A stretch of DNA of 64,000 nt from Eledone cirrhosa. Lineage: Eukaryota. The translations under genes were made by a program, and so were the position numbers. Positions 12,831 to 24,264 of the stretch are shown piece by piece. How positions within the stretch are numbered: position 1 is the first letter of the stretch; each line of letters begins with the position of its first letter. The stretch covers positions 78,368,001 through 78,432,000 of the forward strand of contig OZ024743.1 of assembly GCA_964016885.1 (NCBI GenBank), in the 5' to 3' direction. The notes beneath the pieces are model-generated. The model saw nothing but the letters and a program-made list of their open reading frames with translations. It was not told the DNA's origin and searched no databases.

Positions 12831-13611
12831 ATATATGTATAGATATATTATTTACAATTTATGTATAGGCTGTGAGTAGGGTAGTAAAAGGTTTGAGAAC
12901 CTATGATCTACTAGATCAAAGAATGGAGGATCAAGAGGCTGTTTGTGACTGCTCATCACTGTACAAGCACCTAAAACCTTCAACAAAAGCATGGTTCATA
13001 GTACCAAGTCATACTTGTTTGCAAGTGGTGGCTGTAGTTATAATGAAATAAACCCTGAATGCAATGTCACAGTATAGCCACAGAGGTAAAAGAATAAAAA
13101 AATGTAACAAGAATAAAATTCAAAAGACTATTAAGCTTTAGTGATATAAGCAGATATATTAAATTTTTCTTACCTAAAATTAGTTGGATTATTTTGTGAG
13201 AAGACAGATCAACAAAGATTAATCTTTTAACCCTTTAGCATTTAAACTGTCCATATCCGGCTAGAATTCTCTCCCCTTTTTCTTCAACCTGATCGTAAAC
13301 GGCCCCTCATATCGACGTTAAGGTATTCTTCTCAAAATAAATAATATCATCAAAATCTCATAGATTCGATATGTAAGATAATTATGTAAATCTAGCAGAA
13401 AAACCACCTGAAGTGTAGTTCTCTGCTAGCATGTGTAGTGTGTATATTGATATTATACGCAAGTGTAGCTATGATACATCAAATAAAATCGTAATTGACA
13501 ATATACACAGAAATTGAACGAAGACTGCGTTACACTGTCTTATGTAATCAGTAACGTAATCCATGATACATTAAAAAAAGACAATATTCGGGCTGAGAAG
13601 GTCAAACTCTC

Positions 13612-13795
13612 CATATACTGTTCGCTCTCCAACAGGTTCATGGTCGTGCCCTTGGCATTGGAGACTTCTGGTGTCCTTGGCCCCAGGGCTACCTCCCTGT
13701 TCACCACCATAGGCGCTGAGCTAGCCAGCCGCAGGTTGAGCCTCACGAGTTGGAATGGCTCTTCCAGCACATCTCTCTTACCATCCTCCGGAGGA
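13612..13795 (+). mobile_element. fragment of a restriction-like-endonuclease non-LTR element (CRE/R2 group)
   Basis: GC-rich island reading YCSLSNRFMVVPLALETSGVLGPRATSLFTTIG, a PxAxETxGxxG C-terminal REL motif. Confidence 0.6.
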
Positions 13796-14807
13796 ATATT
13801 TCCGAGCCGTGTAATACAAATGAATATATGATAGGGATAAACACTGATACAAGTATACATGTGTTCGCATTGCAAATGACCAAGTTAGCTAGATTGAAAA
13901 ATACTAATTAAAATAATTATTTCTACTTTTGGCACAAGGCCAGCAAATACCCAGTGCATTACTGGTACTTTATTTTATCGACCCCGTAAGGATGAAAGGC
14001 AAAGTTAACCTCGGAGGAATTTGAACTCAGATCATAAAGGGGAGTAACTCTATGCTGCAAAGCATGGCGTCCAACCCTCTACTGATACTGCCAATCCACC
14101 AATGCGGACTAAAAATTAGCTCTACGTATGGAACACTAACTTTCACTTAATTGTTGCGAAACAAATTTAAAATCTGTCCGAGTATCACGGCTATTGCCAA
14201 TATAGGTTTGTTTTTATTGATTTATTATATTAAATCGAGACAGGCAAACCATATAATTTTAAATTAGTATTTTTCAATCTAGCTAACTTGGACATTTGCA
14301 ATGCGAACACATGTATACTTGTATCAGTGTTCATCCTTCTCATATATTCATTTGTATTACACGGCTTGGAAATATTCCTTTCTTTGAGCTATTTAATTGT
14401 AAAAGACTATTTTGAGTTTATAACTCTATATATAATATTCTCGGCTCCATGCGTAGAGCTAATTTTTAGTCCCATAAAACCGGCTGCTATATTTAGCGGC
14501 ACGAGTATGGGACAAGCTAGGTGCTGTGACATGTGCGTTCAACAACACATGTCTCTCAGTCTTCTTAAGTATTTTGAAGTGAAACTTATCAATTTCCTGG
14601 ATACCCGCAGAAGAGTACAGGAATAATAACTTTCACTTAATTGTTGCGAAACAAATTTAAAATTTGTCCGGGTATCACGGCCATTGCCAATATAGGTTTG
14701 TTTTTATTGATTTATTATTTTAAATCGAGACAGGCAAACCATATTATTTTAATTAGTATTTTTCAATCTAGCTAACTTGGTCATTTGCAATGCGAACACA
14801 TGTATAC

Positions 14808-14848
<41 letters not shown>

Positions 14849-15340
14849 GTTTTAATATAGATGAGATTCTACAGGACTAGAACTGTTTCATTTTTTAGAA
14901 ATCATCAGGAATATGGCTGTCCAAAATAAATGTTGTGGTATTTATATCTTTTCTGGTGGTAGGAGAGGGTGGGGAGTGGGATGGGTGGAGGTCATTGGTT
15001 GAAAGAAAACGGAATTCATTAAAAGCTAATTCTTTAAGGCTATAATTTATAATTAAAGTGACATAGGCAGAAAGAATTCTATAAACAAGTTCATATTGGG
15101 GTGCCACTCCTTATTTTTAAGTTTCTCTTAAGCTAACAATGCCTATATTTCAGGTGTCTATAAGATGGTTGGGGGTCGGTGATGGTTGATGGATTTAAAG
15201 AAAAGGGAAATTCTTTAAAAGCTAATTTTTAAAGCTCTACTTGAAGTGACAAAGGCCAAGAGAATTCTATAAACCAGTTCAAATATTGGGTGCCTATCAT
15301 TATTGTCAAGTTTCTCTTAAGCTATATTTCAGGTGTCACA
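14849..15340 (-). mobile_element. PLE-type pLTR, family E (HHR-bearing); inverted copy at 43060-43625
   Basis: TA-flanked insert with an internal about 190-bp duplication and an HHR at 14866-14912. Confidence 0.7.
14866..14912 (-). ncRNA. type I hammerhead ribozyme motif (family E)
   Basis: attc CUGAUGA tttc-taaa-aaat GAAA cag-ttctagtc-ctg UA gaat. The plus copy at 43489-43535 has CUGAUGG and a better-paired stem II. Confidence 0.7.
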
Positions 15341-15349
15341 CACACACAC

Positions 15350-15424
<75 letters not shown>

Positions 15425-15428
<4 letters not shown>

Positions 15429-15763
15429 AAAGAATAGAGGTGTAACACACAAGTTATTATATATTGGTAAACGGAATAGAAAATGCTGACAAATTGTTCA
15501 CAGTGAAAAATAGTTTAATTAGGAATAAGTGAGAATTAGTAATTGCATTGGTTAGTATTCAGTTTTGGTTTTAAGTTTTACCGGTTGCGCATTTCTAATG
15601 CTTTTCAAAAATAATTTTGAGATAGAGCGTCCGTGATGTTTGCTTTGATCTTATTAGTTTTCGGAATTCTACCTGTTTTTATGTTAAAAAAGTGGCTCCA
15701 GCGGTATTAAAATAAAATGTTTTTATTTTAATACCGCTGGAGCCACTTTTTTAACATAAAAAC

Positions 15764-15768
<5 letters not shown>
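15425..15768 (-). mobile_element. PLE-type pLTR, family B, with terminal fold-back 15670-15768; near-identical copy 37114-37457
   Basis: TA-flanked. Near-perfect about 97-bp palindrome. HHR-like motif at 15576-15611 (-): ttt UUGAAAA gcat-tagaa-atgc GCAA ccgg UA aaa. Confidence 0.7.
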
Positions 15769-15807
<39 letters not shown>

Positions 15808-16051
15808 ATACTTTGGGAGGGTCATGTTGCCAATAAGAAACACACGCACCAGTTGCTTTCACTTCAATTTATTATAATAAATTTATAGATTTATAAATTT
15901 CTGGTTGGTTGGTTGGTTCCACAACCAGATAGTTGTTTATATATAGTCATAGTTCTTTCGTCACACACTCTGTGACCTCTTCAGTGACTGGGGATTCCTT
16001 TCTTTGTTTCTGTGTGTGTGTTGTGTGCTCAGTCTGCGCATGCGCCACATC

Positions 16052-18671
16052 ATAGAAATAAGGGAAAGTAATAGGATTAAAAAGAGAAGGGAGACTAAGG
16101 ACAAAGAGAATAACCAAGACGAACACACAGACACACAAAATAGGGTAGATAACAACAATGAGCCAGTGGAAAGAGACAGGAGTAATTGTGAGAGACATAG
16201 AAACAACCATGAGGTTGTTGGTGGAAATAGAAATAGAAACAACACAACTAACAATAACAATAGCACTAGTACACATAAAGCAGCAGCCTGGAACTCTACA
16301 TTTTATAATCGCTCCGATAAATCATTCGACCTGCGACGAGTCCACGCCACGACTTTACCATTTAACAAACCCACGCAATTGCCGTCGCAGGTCGATGAAC
16401 AAACAGAAGCACAATTTAGTATAGCTAGATCCGAACTTAGAAATGTTATAGAACAGTATAGCAAGAAGCATAATAGAATGGAGGCCCAGCAACTGGGAGA
16501 AAAATCTGCAAATGGCTTGCGTAAGCTCATGCAGCGCTCACGTAATGGAGAGATAGCATGCTTTCCAACAGACAAGTCTGGCAGAATGTCGGTTGACAGC
16601 CTGCCAAACTACATCCAGGCAATGCAACCCCACATCACTAACACAAGAGAGGTAACACCACAGGAGCATGAGGATAGAGAAAAAGCCCTCAATGCCCATA
16701 CGGTGATGTGGACGAATATAATGCAGCCCAACAAAAGGACTGCCAACAACTTCCAGGCCTGGAACAATGACGTGCCGGCGTTGTATGGGCTTCGAAAAGA
16801 CCATAAAACGGGCTGTGACCCTGTCGCGGGACCACCAACACGGCCAGTCTGTGGAGCTAACATTGCTAGTAACTACAGACTGTCCTACTTCCTCTCCCTG
16901 ATCATACGCCCCATCATTGAAATGTCCCCAGATGTATGTGACAACACGGAGGACCTCCTCAGCAGAATCGGCGTGGGTAACCGATCTGGGGACCTAACAA
17001 ACTGCATAATAGGCAGTATGGATGTTGTATCCCTGTATCCATCTATTGACGTGGATTTTGCTGTGGAGAAATGCATAGAAATGATCAGTGAGAGCAAGGT
17101 TGAGTTCCGTGGGATTGATACCAGTGAGCTGGGACTCCTACTTAAGCTTACCTATAGTAATAATTACCTAGACACATATGACCTTAGCAACCTGTGCCCT
17201 ACAAGACCAGCATGAGGCAGACCACCTACCATTACCTCAATGGCCAAGAAAACCCACACAGATAGATGGAACGGGTGGACCAGAGCCATACGGACACCCG
17301 AAAACCACGATGAACTGAAGAAAATGATTCCACATGCGGTAGGGGCCAGCATAAAACTAACCCTTAAGGAACATATGTTCAAATTTAATGGAAAAACATA
17401 TGCCCAAGAGGAAGGAGCAGCCATTGGTGTTAGCATTGCAGGCGACATAGCTAACTTATTCATGGTATGGTGGGACAGTAGACTTAAACTTAAACTTAAA
17501 GAACAATTAGAAGACCCCTTAACCCTGATAATGTACTCCCGCTACGTAGATGATATAAACATCGTAGTTAAGACACCCCCACTAGAGAACAGTCAGGAAT
17601 TAGAGAAAAACACAATGTAAAGCATCCAGCAAATAGCAAACTCCATCCACCAGAGCATTAGAGTTACTATAGACTACCCAAGTAATCACCCAAACTATCG
17701 ATTACCTGTACTAGACACAGAGCTCTGGTTAGATACCATTAACAACAAAAAACAAATCCACCATTCCCATTATGCCAAACCCATGACTTCCAAACATCTG
17801 ATCCACCGAAACTCGGCCGTTTCGGACCATACCAAAATCAACATACTGTTTGCGGATTTGGTACGGGTGATGAGAAATGTGTCCCGCATGTGCAACCCCG
17901 AAGAACTAGAGAGACACATACAACACTTCATCCACCGTATGCAGTTCTCTGGCTACAATCAGAGAGATAAAATCAGAGTGTATAGAGGAGCCAGAACTAA
18001 ATGGGAAAAAATGGTAAATAATGACATAAATGGGACCTGCCCCTTGTATAGGAGCAAATTTTGGAATAGAATAGAAAGAACTAGGAACAAGGCTAATAGA
18101 ATAAACTCATGGTATGATAGCAATAAATACCAGAGTGTAATGTTCATCGATACAACCTAGAGGTGAATTAGCTTACAAATTTAGAAGGGCCCTAAATAAA
18201 CATAAACTCAATATTAAGATAGTAGAAAGACCAGGTACATCCGTAAAAACACTTATTAGCAAGACATACCCTTTTCAAAGACCCTCATGTATAGATAAGA
18301 AATGTATAACCTGTAAAATAAGCCCCCATATTAACTGTAAAACTAGAAATGTAGTGTTTAGCATAAGATGTACTGAAGGACAATGTAGAGACCAAAATAT
18401 CATGTACATAGGTGAGACAGCTCGTAGTGTAGGCGAACGGATAAATGAACACTGGCGAGACCTTCAAGATAATAAAGAATCATCTGTAATCTACCAACAT
18501 GCTAAAATAGAACACAAGAGTAAATTAGAGAACATAGAAATAAAAAAAGAACCTACACACAGAAAAGACGCAATGTTTAGACAAATTACAGAGGCAATAA
18601 ACATAAAAGAATTACAACCAAAATTAAATAGAAAATATGAGTGGAACAGCAACATCACAACTTACAATTAA
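16052..18671 (+). pseudogene. PLE RT + GIY-YIG endonuclease ORF, disrupted
   Basis: One frame from 16052 to about 18155 with stops at 17213 (TGA) and 17618 (TAA), then a +1 frameshift near 18155 into the GIY-YIG frame ending at 18671. Confidence 0.88.
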
Positions 18672-18832
18672 GGACAAAATGAAAACACACACACACATAG
18701 AACAAACAACCAACCAGTAACATGTAAATAAACAAATAAATAAATGAACATAAACACACACAGACACCCGGATGTGGTGCATGCGCAGACTGAGCACACA
18801 ACACACACACAGAAACAAAGAAAGGAATCCCC

Positions 18833-18877
18833 AGTCACTGAAGAGGTCACAGAGTGTGTGACGAAAGAACTATGACT
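18833..18877 (+). ncRNA. minimal hammerhead ribozyme motif (family A)
   Basis: agtca CUGAAGA g gtcaca-gagtg-tgtgac GAAA gaac UA tgact. Copies at 15945-15989(-), 28961-29005(-), 29117-29161(+), 37784-37828(+) and 61938-61981(-). Confidence 0.75.
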
Positions 18878-19076
18878 ATATATAAACAACTATCTGGCTG
18901 TGGAACCAACCAACCAACCAGAAATTTATAAATTTATAAATTTATTATAATAAATTGAAGTGAAAGCAACTGGTGCGTGTGTTTCTTATTGGCAACATGA
19001 CCATCCCAAAGTATAACAATATCGGTTTCAACACACGATTTCAGATAAAGAATCTTGCTAAACAAATTCAGAAACG

Positions 19077-19080
<4 letters not shown>

Positions 19081-19156
<76 letters not shown>

Positions 19157-19315
19157 AAATATATGTATATATATATGTATATATATATATATATGTATAT
19201 ATATATGTATATATATATATGTATATATATATGTATATATATATGTATATGTATATATATATGTATATGTATATATATATTTGTATATGTATATATATAT
19301 GTTTATGTGTATATA

Positions 19316-19348
<33 letters not shown>

Positions 19349-19455
19349 GTATTTATATATATATATGTATATATGTATATATATATATATATATGTATAT
19401 ATAAATATGTATATATATATGTATATGAATATATATATATGAATATATATATATG

Positions 19456-19487
<32 letters not shown>

Positions 19488-19501
19488 TGAATATATATAT
19501 G

Positions 19502-19532
<31 letters not shown>

Positions 19533-19533
19533 G

Positions 19534-19578
<45 letters not shown>

Positions 19579-19591
19579 GTATATATATATG

Positions 19592-19622
<31 letters not shown>

Positions 19623-19625
19623 GTA
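19081..19625. repeat. (TA)n/(TATG)n microsatellite tract
   Basis: Read directly. Similar tracts at 21360-21500, 21610-22030, 22393-22757, 23700-23940 and 29387-29640. Confidence 0.98.
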
Positions 19626-19631
19626 TCATAA

Positions 19632-20918
19632 TCTATAAAGCTCAGTGTGTGGTCATGCTCCTTCGTTATAGAAATCTACGATATAGAATTTCTTGAAATT
19701 TACAATTCAGTACTCGAAATAGTTTCGATTGCGTCTTGACGCAGATAATCTTTTCAATTTCACCCACAATTACGCAAAAAATAGATAAAACTCAATATTT
19801 TACGATTTTTCTCTCTCATTTAAACTGCTGAACTCTTTCTATTACCAACTTCATACTTCCTGCTACTTTCTCTTTCCAAGCTTGATGGTGATACTGTCCC
19901 TTCACACCACTCCCTACTGTCTTATATTTAGAAAACACATATCCTCTATGAGGTTACTAAACCTGCTAGAAATAGCAGCTAACTCTCCACCATATCACAC
20001 CCTCCCCACACCACTCCCTACTGTCTTATATTTAGAAAACACATATAGTCTATGAGGTTACTAAACCTGCTAGAAACAGCAGCTAACTCTCCCCCATATC
20101 ACACCCGTCCCCACACCATTCCCTACTGTCTTATATTTAGAAAACACATATCCTCTATGAGGTTACTAAACCTGCTAGAAATAGCAGCTAACTCTCCACC
20201 ATATCACACCCTCCCCACACCACTCCCTACTGTCTTATATTTAGAAAACACATATAGTCTATGAGGTTACTAAACCTGCTAGAAACAGCAGCTAACTCTC
20301 CCCCATATCACACCCGTCCCCACACCATTCCCTACTGTCTTAAATTTAGAAAACACATATCCTCTATGAGGTTACTAAACCTGCTAGAAACAGCAGCTAA
20401 CTCTCCCCCATATCACACCCCTCCCTACTGTCTTAAATTTAGAAAACATATCTTCTATGAGGTCACTAAACCTGCTAGAAACAGCAGCTAACTCTTCCCC
20501 ATATCACACCACTCCCTACTGTCTTAAATTTAGAAAACACATATCCTCTATGAGGTCACTAAACCTGCTAGAAACAACAGCTAACTCTCGCTCATATCAC
20601 AACCCTCCCTACTATCTTAAATTTAGAAAACACAGACAACCATGCAGAACAACTCCATCGCAGCTCTGTTGTTCGGCTGGCATCGTCTACATGCGTGTTG
20701 CGCAAGTACTGTGAAACAATAAATTTCAACACATTTTTGCACAGAGATAATATCCATAGGCGAAACTACAATTGTCACTGCTGGCGCAGCTCATGCTTCC
20801 AGGTCTGCAATTCATTCACCCAGTGCCTGGCAGACAAAAAAGTGCTGCCATAAAATGGGTGGTGCAACCTAACTTTGGTAACTTACTGACCCCGAGCAAC
20901 GCCGGGCTTTAATGCTAG
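19632..20918 (+). mobile_element. non-autonomous Helitron-like element with internal minisatellite
   Basis: 5' a|TCTATAAAGCTCAGTGTGTG. 3' cccg-agcaacgc-cggg..aatgCTAG|t. Confidence 0.7.
19900..20635 (+). repeat. minisatellite, about 90-105 bp unit, about 7 copies
   Basis: Unit ctccctactgtcttatatttagaaaacacatatcctctatgaggttactaaacctgctagaaatagcagctaactctccaccatatcacacc. Confidence 0.95.
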
Positions 20919-20974
20919 TATATATATATATATGTATGTATGTATATATATATATATATATGTATATAAATATG

Positions 20975-21031
<57 letters not shown>

Positions 21032-21426
21032 AATATGGGGAGAAAAATACTGCATGGTTGCACATGGATAACATGTTATAAAATGAGTCCCTCATCAGTG
21101 ATTTGCCAACGATCATTGGTATTTCATCGCATTAAAAATCATATACTTCACGTTGGTGCGAAAATAACTAAAATAAGTTATTAGTACAATTGAAACGCGT
21201 AAAGCGAGTGAGACAAGTAAACAACATAGGGGAAAGCTAATCGAAGATGGAAAAAAACACAAGCAACATGGTTATTCTATCACACGTAAGCTGTGTTAAT
21301 ATATGTGCGAGTTAGAAACAGACCTTCCGCTAGTGAATCCGATGTTAGAAAGAAGGAAAATGTATATATGTATATATATATGTATATATATATGTATATA
21401 TATATATGTATATATATATATGTATG

Positions 21427-21490
<64 letters not shown>

Positions 21491-21724
21491 TATGTATGTA
21501 TTAAGGATACTATTTATGGTTATGTATATACTAAAACCTTTTATAGTTATATATATTTTAAACCCTGAATAGTGAAAGATAGTAATTTATTACTACCTTA
21601 TTACCTTATATATGTATGTATATATATATGTATATATATATATATATATATGTATGTATATATATATGTATATATATATATATATATATGTATGTATATA
21701 TATATGTATATACATATATATATG

Positions 21725-21774
<50 letters not shown>

Positions 21775-21784
21775 CATGTATATT

Positions 21785-21852
<68 letters not shown>

Positions 21853-21862
21853 CATATATATG

Positions 21863-22028
<166 letters not shown>

Positions 22029-22030
22029 TA

Positions 22031-22393
22031 TTAAAAAGTGAGGTTTTTTTTACAAAATGAAAAATAACCGAGGTGTCCTACACGAGTGAAAGTATAAAGA
22101 AAAAGAGATGAAATCGAAAATGCAACTGGAGTCTTATTTAAAAAAAAAATATATATATTTATTTTGTTCCATTACCGGTTTCGAAGTTCTTCTGCTTTTC
22201 AAAAGGTGAGTTGAGATGGAGGGTCTGTGGTTTTTCTCACTGATGTGAGAAAAACCACAGACACTCCATCTCAACTCACCTTTTGAAAAGCAGAAGAACT
22301 TCGAAACCAGTAAAGGAACCAAATAAATATATATATATTTTTTTAAAAAACAAGACTCCAGTTGCATTTTCGATTTCATCGCTTTTTCTTTAT
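22031..22393. mobile_element. solo fold-back PLE-type pLTR, family C
   Basis: Palindrome centred near 22242. HHRs at 22279-22316(+) and 22169-22206(-). Linear copy at 52775-52980. Confidence 0.8.
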
Positions 22394-22412
22394 ATATATA
22401 CATATATATATG

Positions 22413-22485
<73 letters not shown>

Positions 22486-22486
22486 G

Positions 22487-22542
<56 letters not shown>

Positions 22543-22558
22543 CATATATATATGTATG

Positions 22559-22592
<34 letters not shown>

Positions 22593-22604
22593 CATATATA
22601 TATG

Positions 22605-22659
<55 letters not shown>

Positions 22660-22662
22660 GTG

Positions 22663-22693
<31 letters not shown>

Positions 22694-23005
22694 GTATATA
22701 TATATATGTATATATATATATATGTATATATATATATGTATATATATGTATATATGTAGGAGGTGAGTTTTATTGTAGTACAATAAAGCAATGCAGATAT
22801 CGGATAAGAAGCACTCTACAGTTTGTGGGACTGGAGTATACATAATATATAAGATGAAAACACAAATATTATTGCATGATATTTGTTTTTGAAATGCGCA
22901 TAATAAAATACATGGAACTCCTTTAACCATCATTTGTTCTTATATATATATGTATATATATATATAGTATATATATAATATATATGTATATATATATATA
23001 TATGT

Positions 23006-23697
23006 ATATATGAAATATAAGAATCAAAGAACTGCTCAAAACATTATTGTGCTTACAGCTGTTTCCTCCAAACCGTGGTTTGGATTCTTCGGAGCAATTT
23101 ATTAATGCATGGACAGTTATATGACCTCCTTTTCAGCCGAGAGACATATCAAATACATATTCAAACATTGATACATATTCAAACATTGTGGTCAACATTC
23201 ATTACAGAATTTAGAGTGGCAGTACACACTTCGAGATTACATTTATATTAATAGGTACAATCAAATATCTTTGATTTTTGATTGTACCTATTAATATAAA
23301 TGTAATCTCGAAGTGTGTACTGCCACTCTAAATTCTGTAATGAATGTTGACCCACAATGTTTGAATATGTATCAATGTTTGAATATGTATTTAATATGTC
23401 TCTCGGCTGAAAAGGAGGTCATATAACTGTCCATGCATTAATAAATTGCTCCGAAGAATCCAAACCTCGGTTTGGAGGAAACAGCTGTAAGCACAATAAT
23501 GTTTTGAGCAGTTCTTTGATTCTTATATTTCATATAACTGCTCTGTAAATCATCTGATGTTTTTACATTGAGCTACTTAAATTACTGGTAATAAGGTAGT
23601 AATACATTACTGCCTACCACTATTTAGGGTGTGTGTAAAATACTTACAACTGCTTAAGGTTTTGTATTTGCATAACCATAAATAGTATAACTAATAC

Positions 23698-23700
<3 letters not shown>
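23006..23700. mobile_element. solo fold-back PLE-type pLTR, family D (arms 23006-23265 / 23277-23536, 3' extension to 23700)
   Basis: About 260-bp near-perfect inverted arms in (TA)n. A diverged 3'-end copy lies on the minus strand at 21498-21610. Confidence 0.82.
23447..23493 (+). ncRNA. minimal (dimer-type) hammerhead motif, U4C core variant (family D)
   Basis: tgct CCGAAGA a-tccaaacc-tc-ggtttgga-g GAAA cagctg UA agca, with palindromic stem III. Mirror copy at 23050-23096(-). Confidence 0.78.
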
Positions 23701-23794
<94 letters not shown>

Positions 23795-23854
23795 GTATAT
23801 ATATATATATGTATATATATGTATATATATATATATGTATATATATATGTATAT

Positions 23855-23928
<74 letters not shown>

Positions 23929-23940
23929 GTACATGTATAT

Positions 23941-24202
23941 AAAGTGACACAGAGGAGACTGAGGTTGGCTGGACATGCTCACCGACATCCAGAGTTGACA
24001 TTGCACTCCGTGCTCCTTTGGGAGCCCCTACATGGACACACTGGAAGAGGAAGACCAAGGTTAACATATGTTGATGCCCTAAGGACAGACACTGGTCTGT
24101 TGGAGACGCAGGACATGGCAGCGATAATGAGGGACAGAGACCGCTGGAGAGAACTCGTCCATGGATCTCGGGAATTTTACCCGCCTTAGATAGATAGATA
24201 GA
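23941..24202 (+). mobile_element. RTE family 4, 3' fragment
   Basis: [18 protein letters not shown]...HGSREFYPP* plus (TAGA)n. Homologous to 8266-8522. Confidence 0.9.
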
Positions 24203-24264
24203 TATATATATATGTATATATATATATAGATATATATATATGTATATATGTATATATGTATATA

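Larger units (their letters stand above)
7085..12905. mobile_element. hAT-like MITE split by nested insertions
   Basis: Ends CAGAGCTTCTCAAA (7085) and TTTGAGAACCTATG (12905). 8-bp flanks atctacaa / atctacta. Confidence 0.55.
15801..19080 (+). mobile_element. Penelope-like element family A, 5'-truncated, with inverted upstream pLTR (15801-16051) and direct 3' pLTR (about 18672-19080), inserted in (TA)n
   Basis: RT motifs PTDKSGR, LYGLRKDHK, RPVCGA, GSMDVVSLYPSID, QEEGAAIG, RYVDD and LPVLD. A Cys-rich linker is followed by GIY-YIG (NVVFSIRC..MYIGETARSVGERINEH..EAINIKELQPKLN). Arms 15801-16051 and 18771-19022 are reverse complements. Confidence 0.93.

Noticed and set aside
17213-17215. In-frame TGA in the PLE ORF as possible selenocysteine (as in some Naiad PLEs)
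   Set aside because: The context RPA*GRPP fits CGA>TGA decay. The same copy has a TAA and a frameshift, the endonuclease is C-terminal, and I saw no SECIS.
19900-20635. CRISPR-like arrays (also 45597-46000 and 60038-60730)
   Set aside because: These are tandem units without unique spacers, with no cas genes, in a eukaryotic context.
21140-21205. GAAA-cgcg-UA (21191-21200) and a minus-strand CUGAUGA (21092-21098) as a hammerhead
   Set aside because: The two core halves are on opposite strands and no complete fold could be built.
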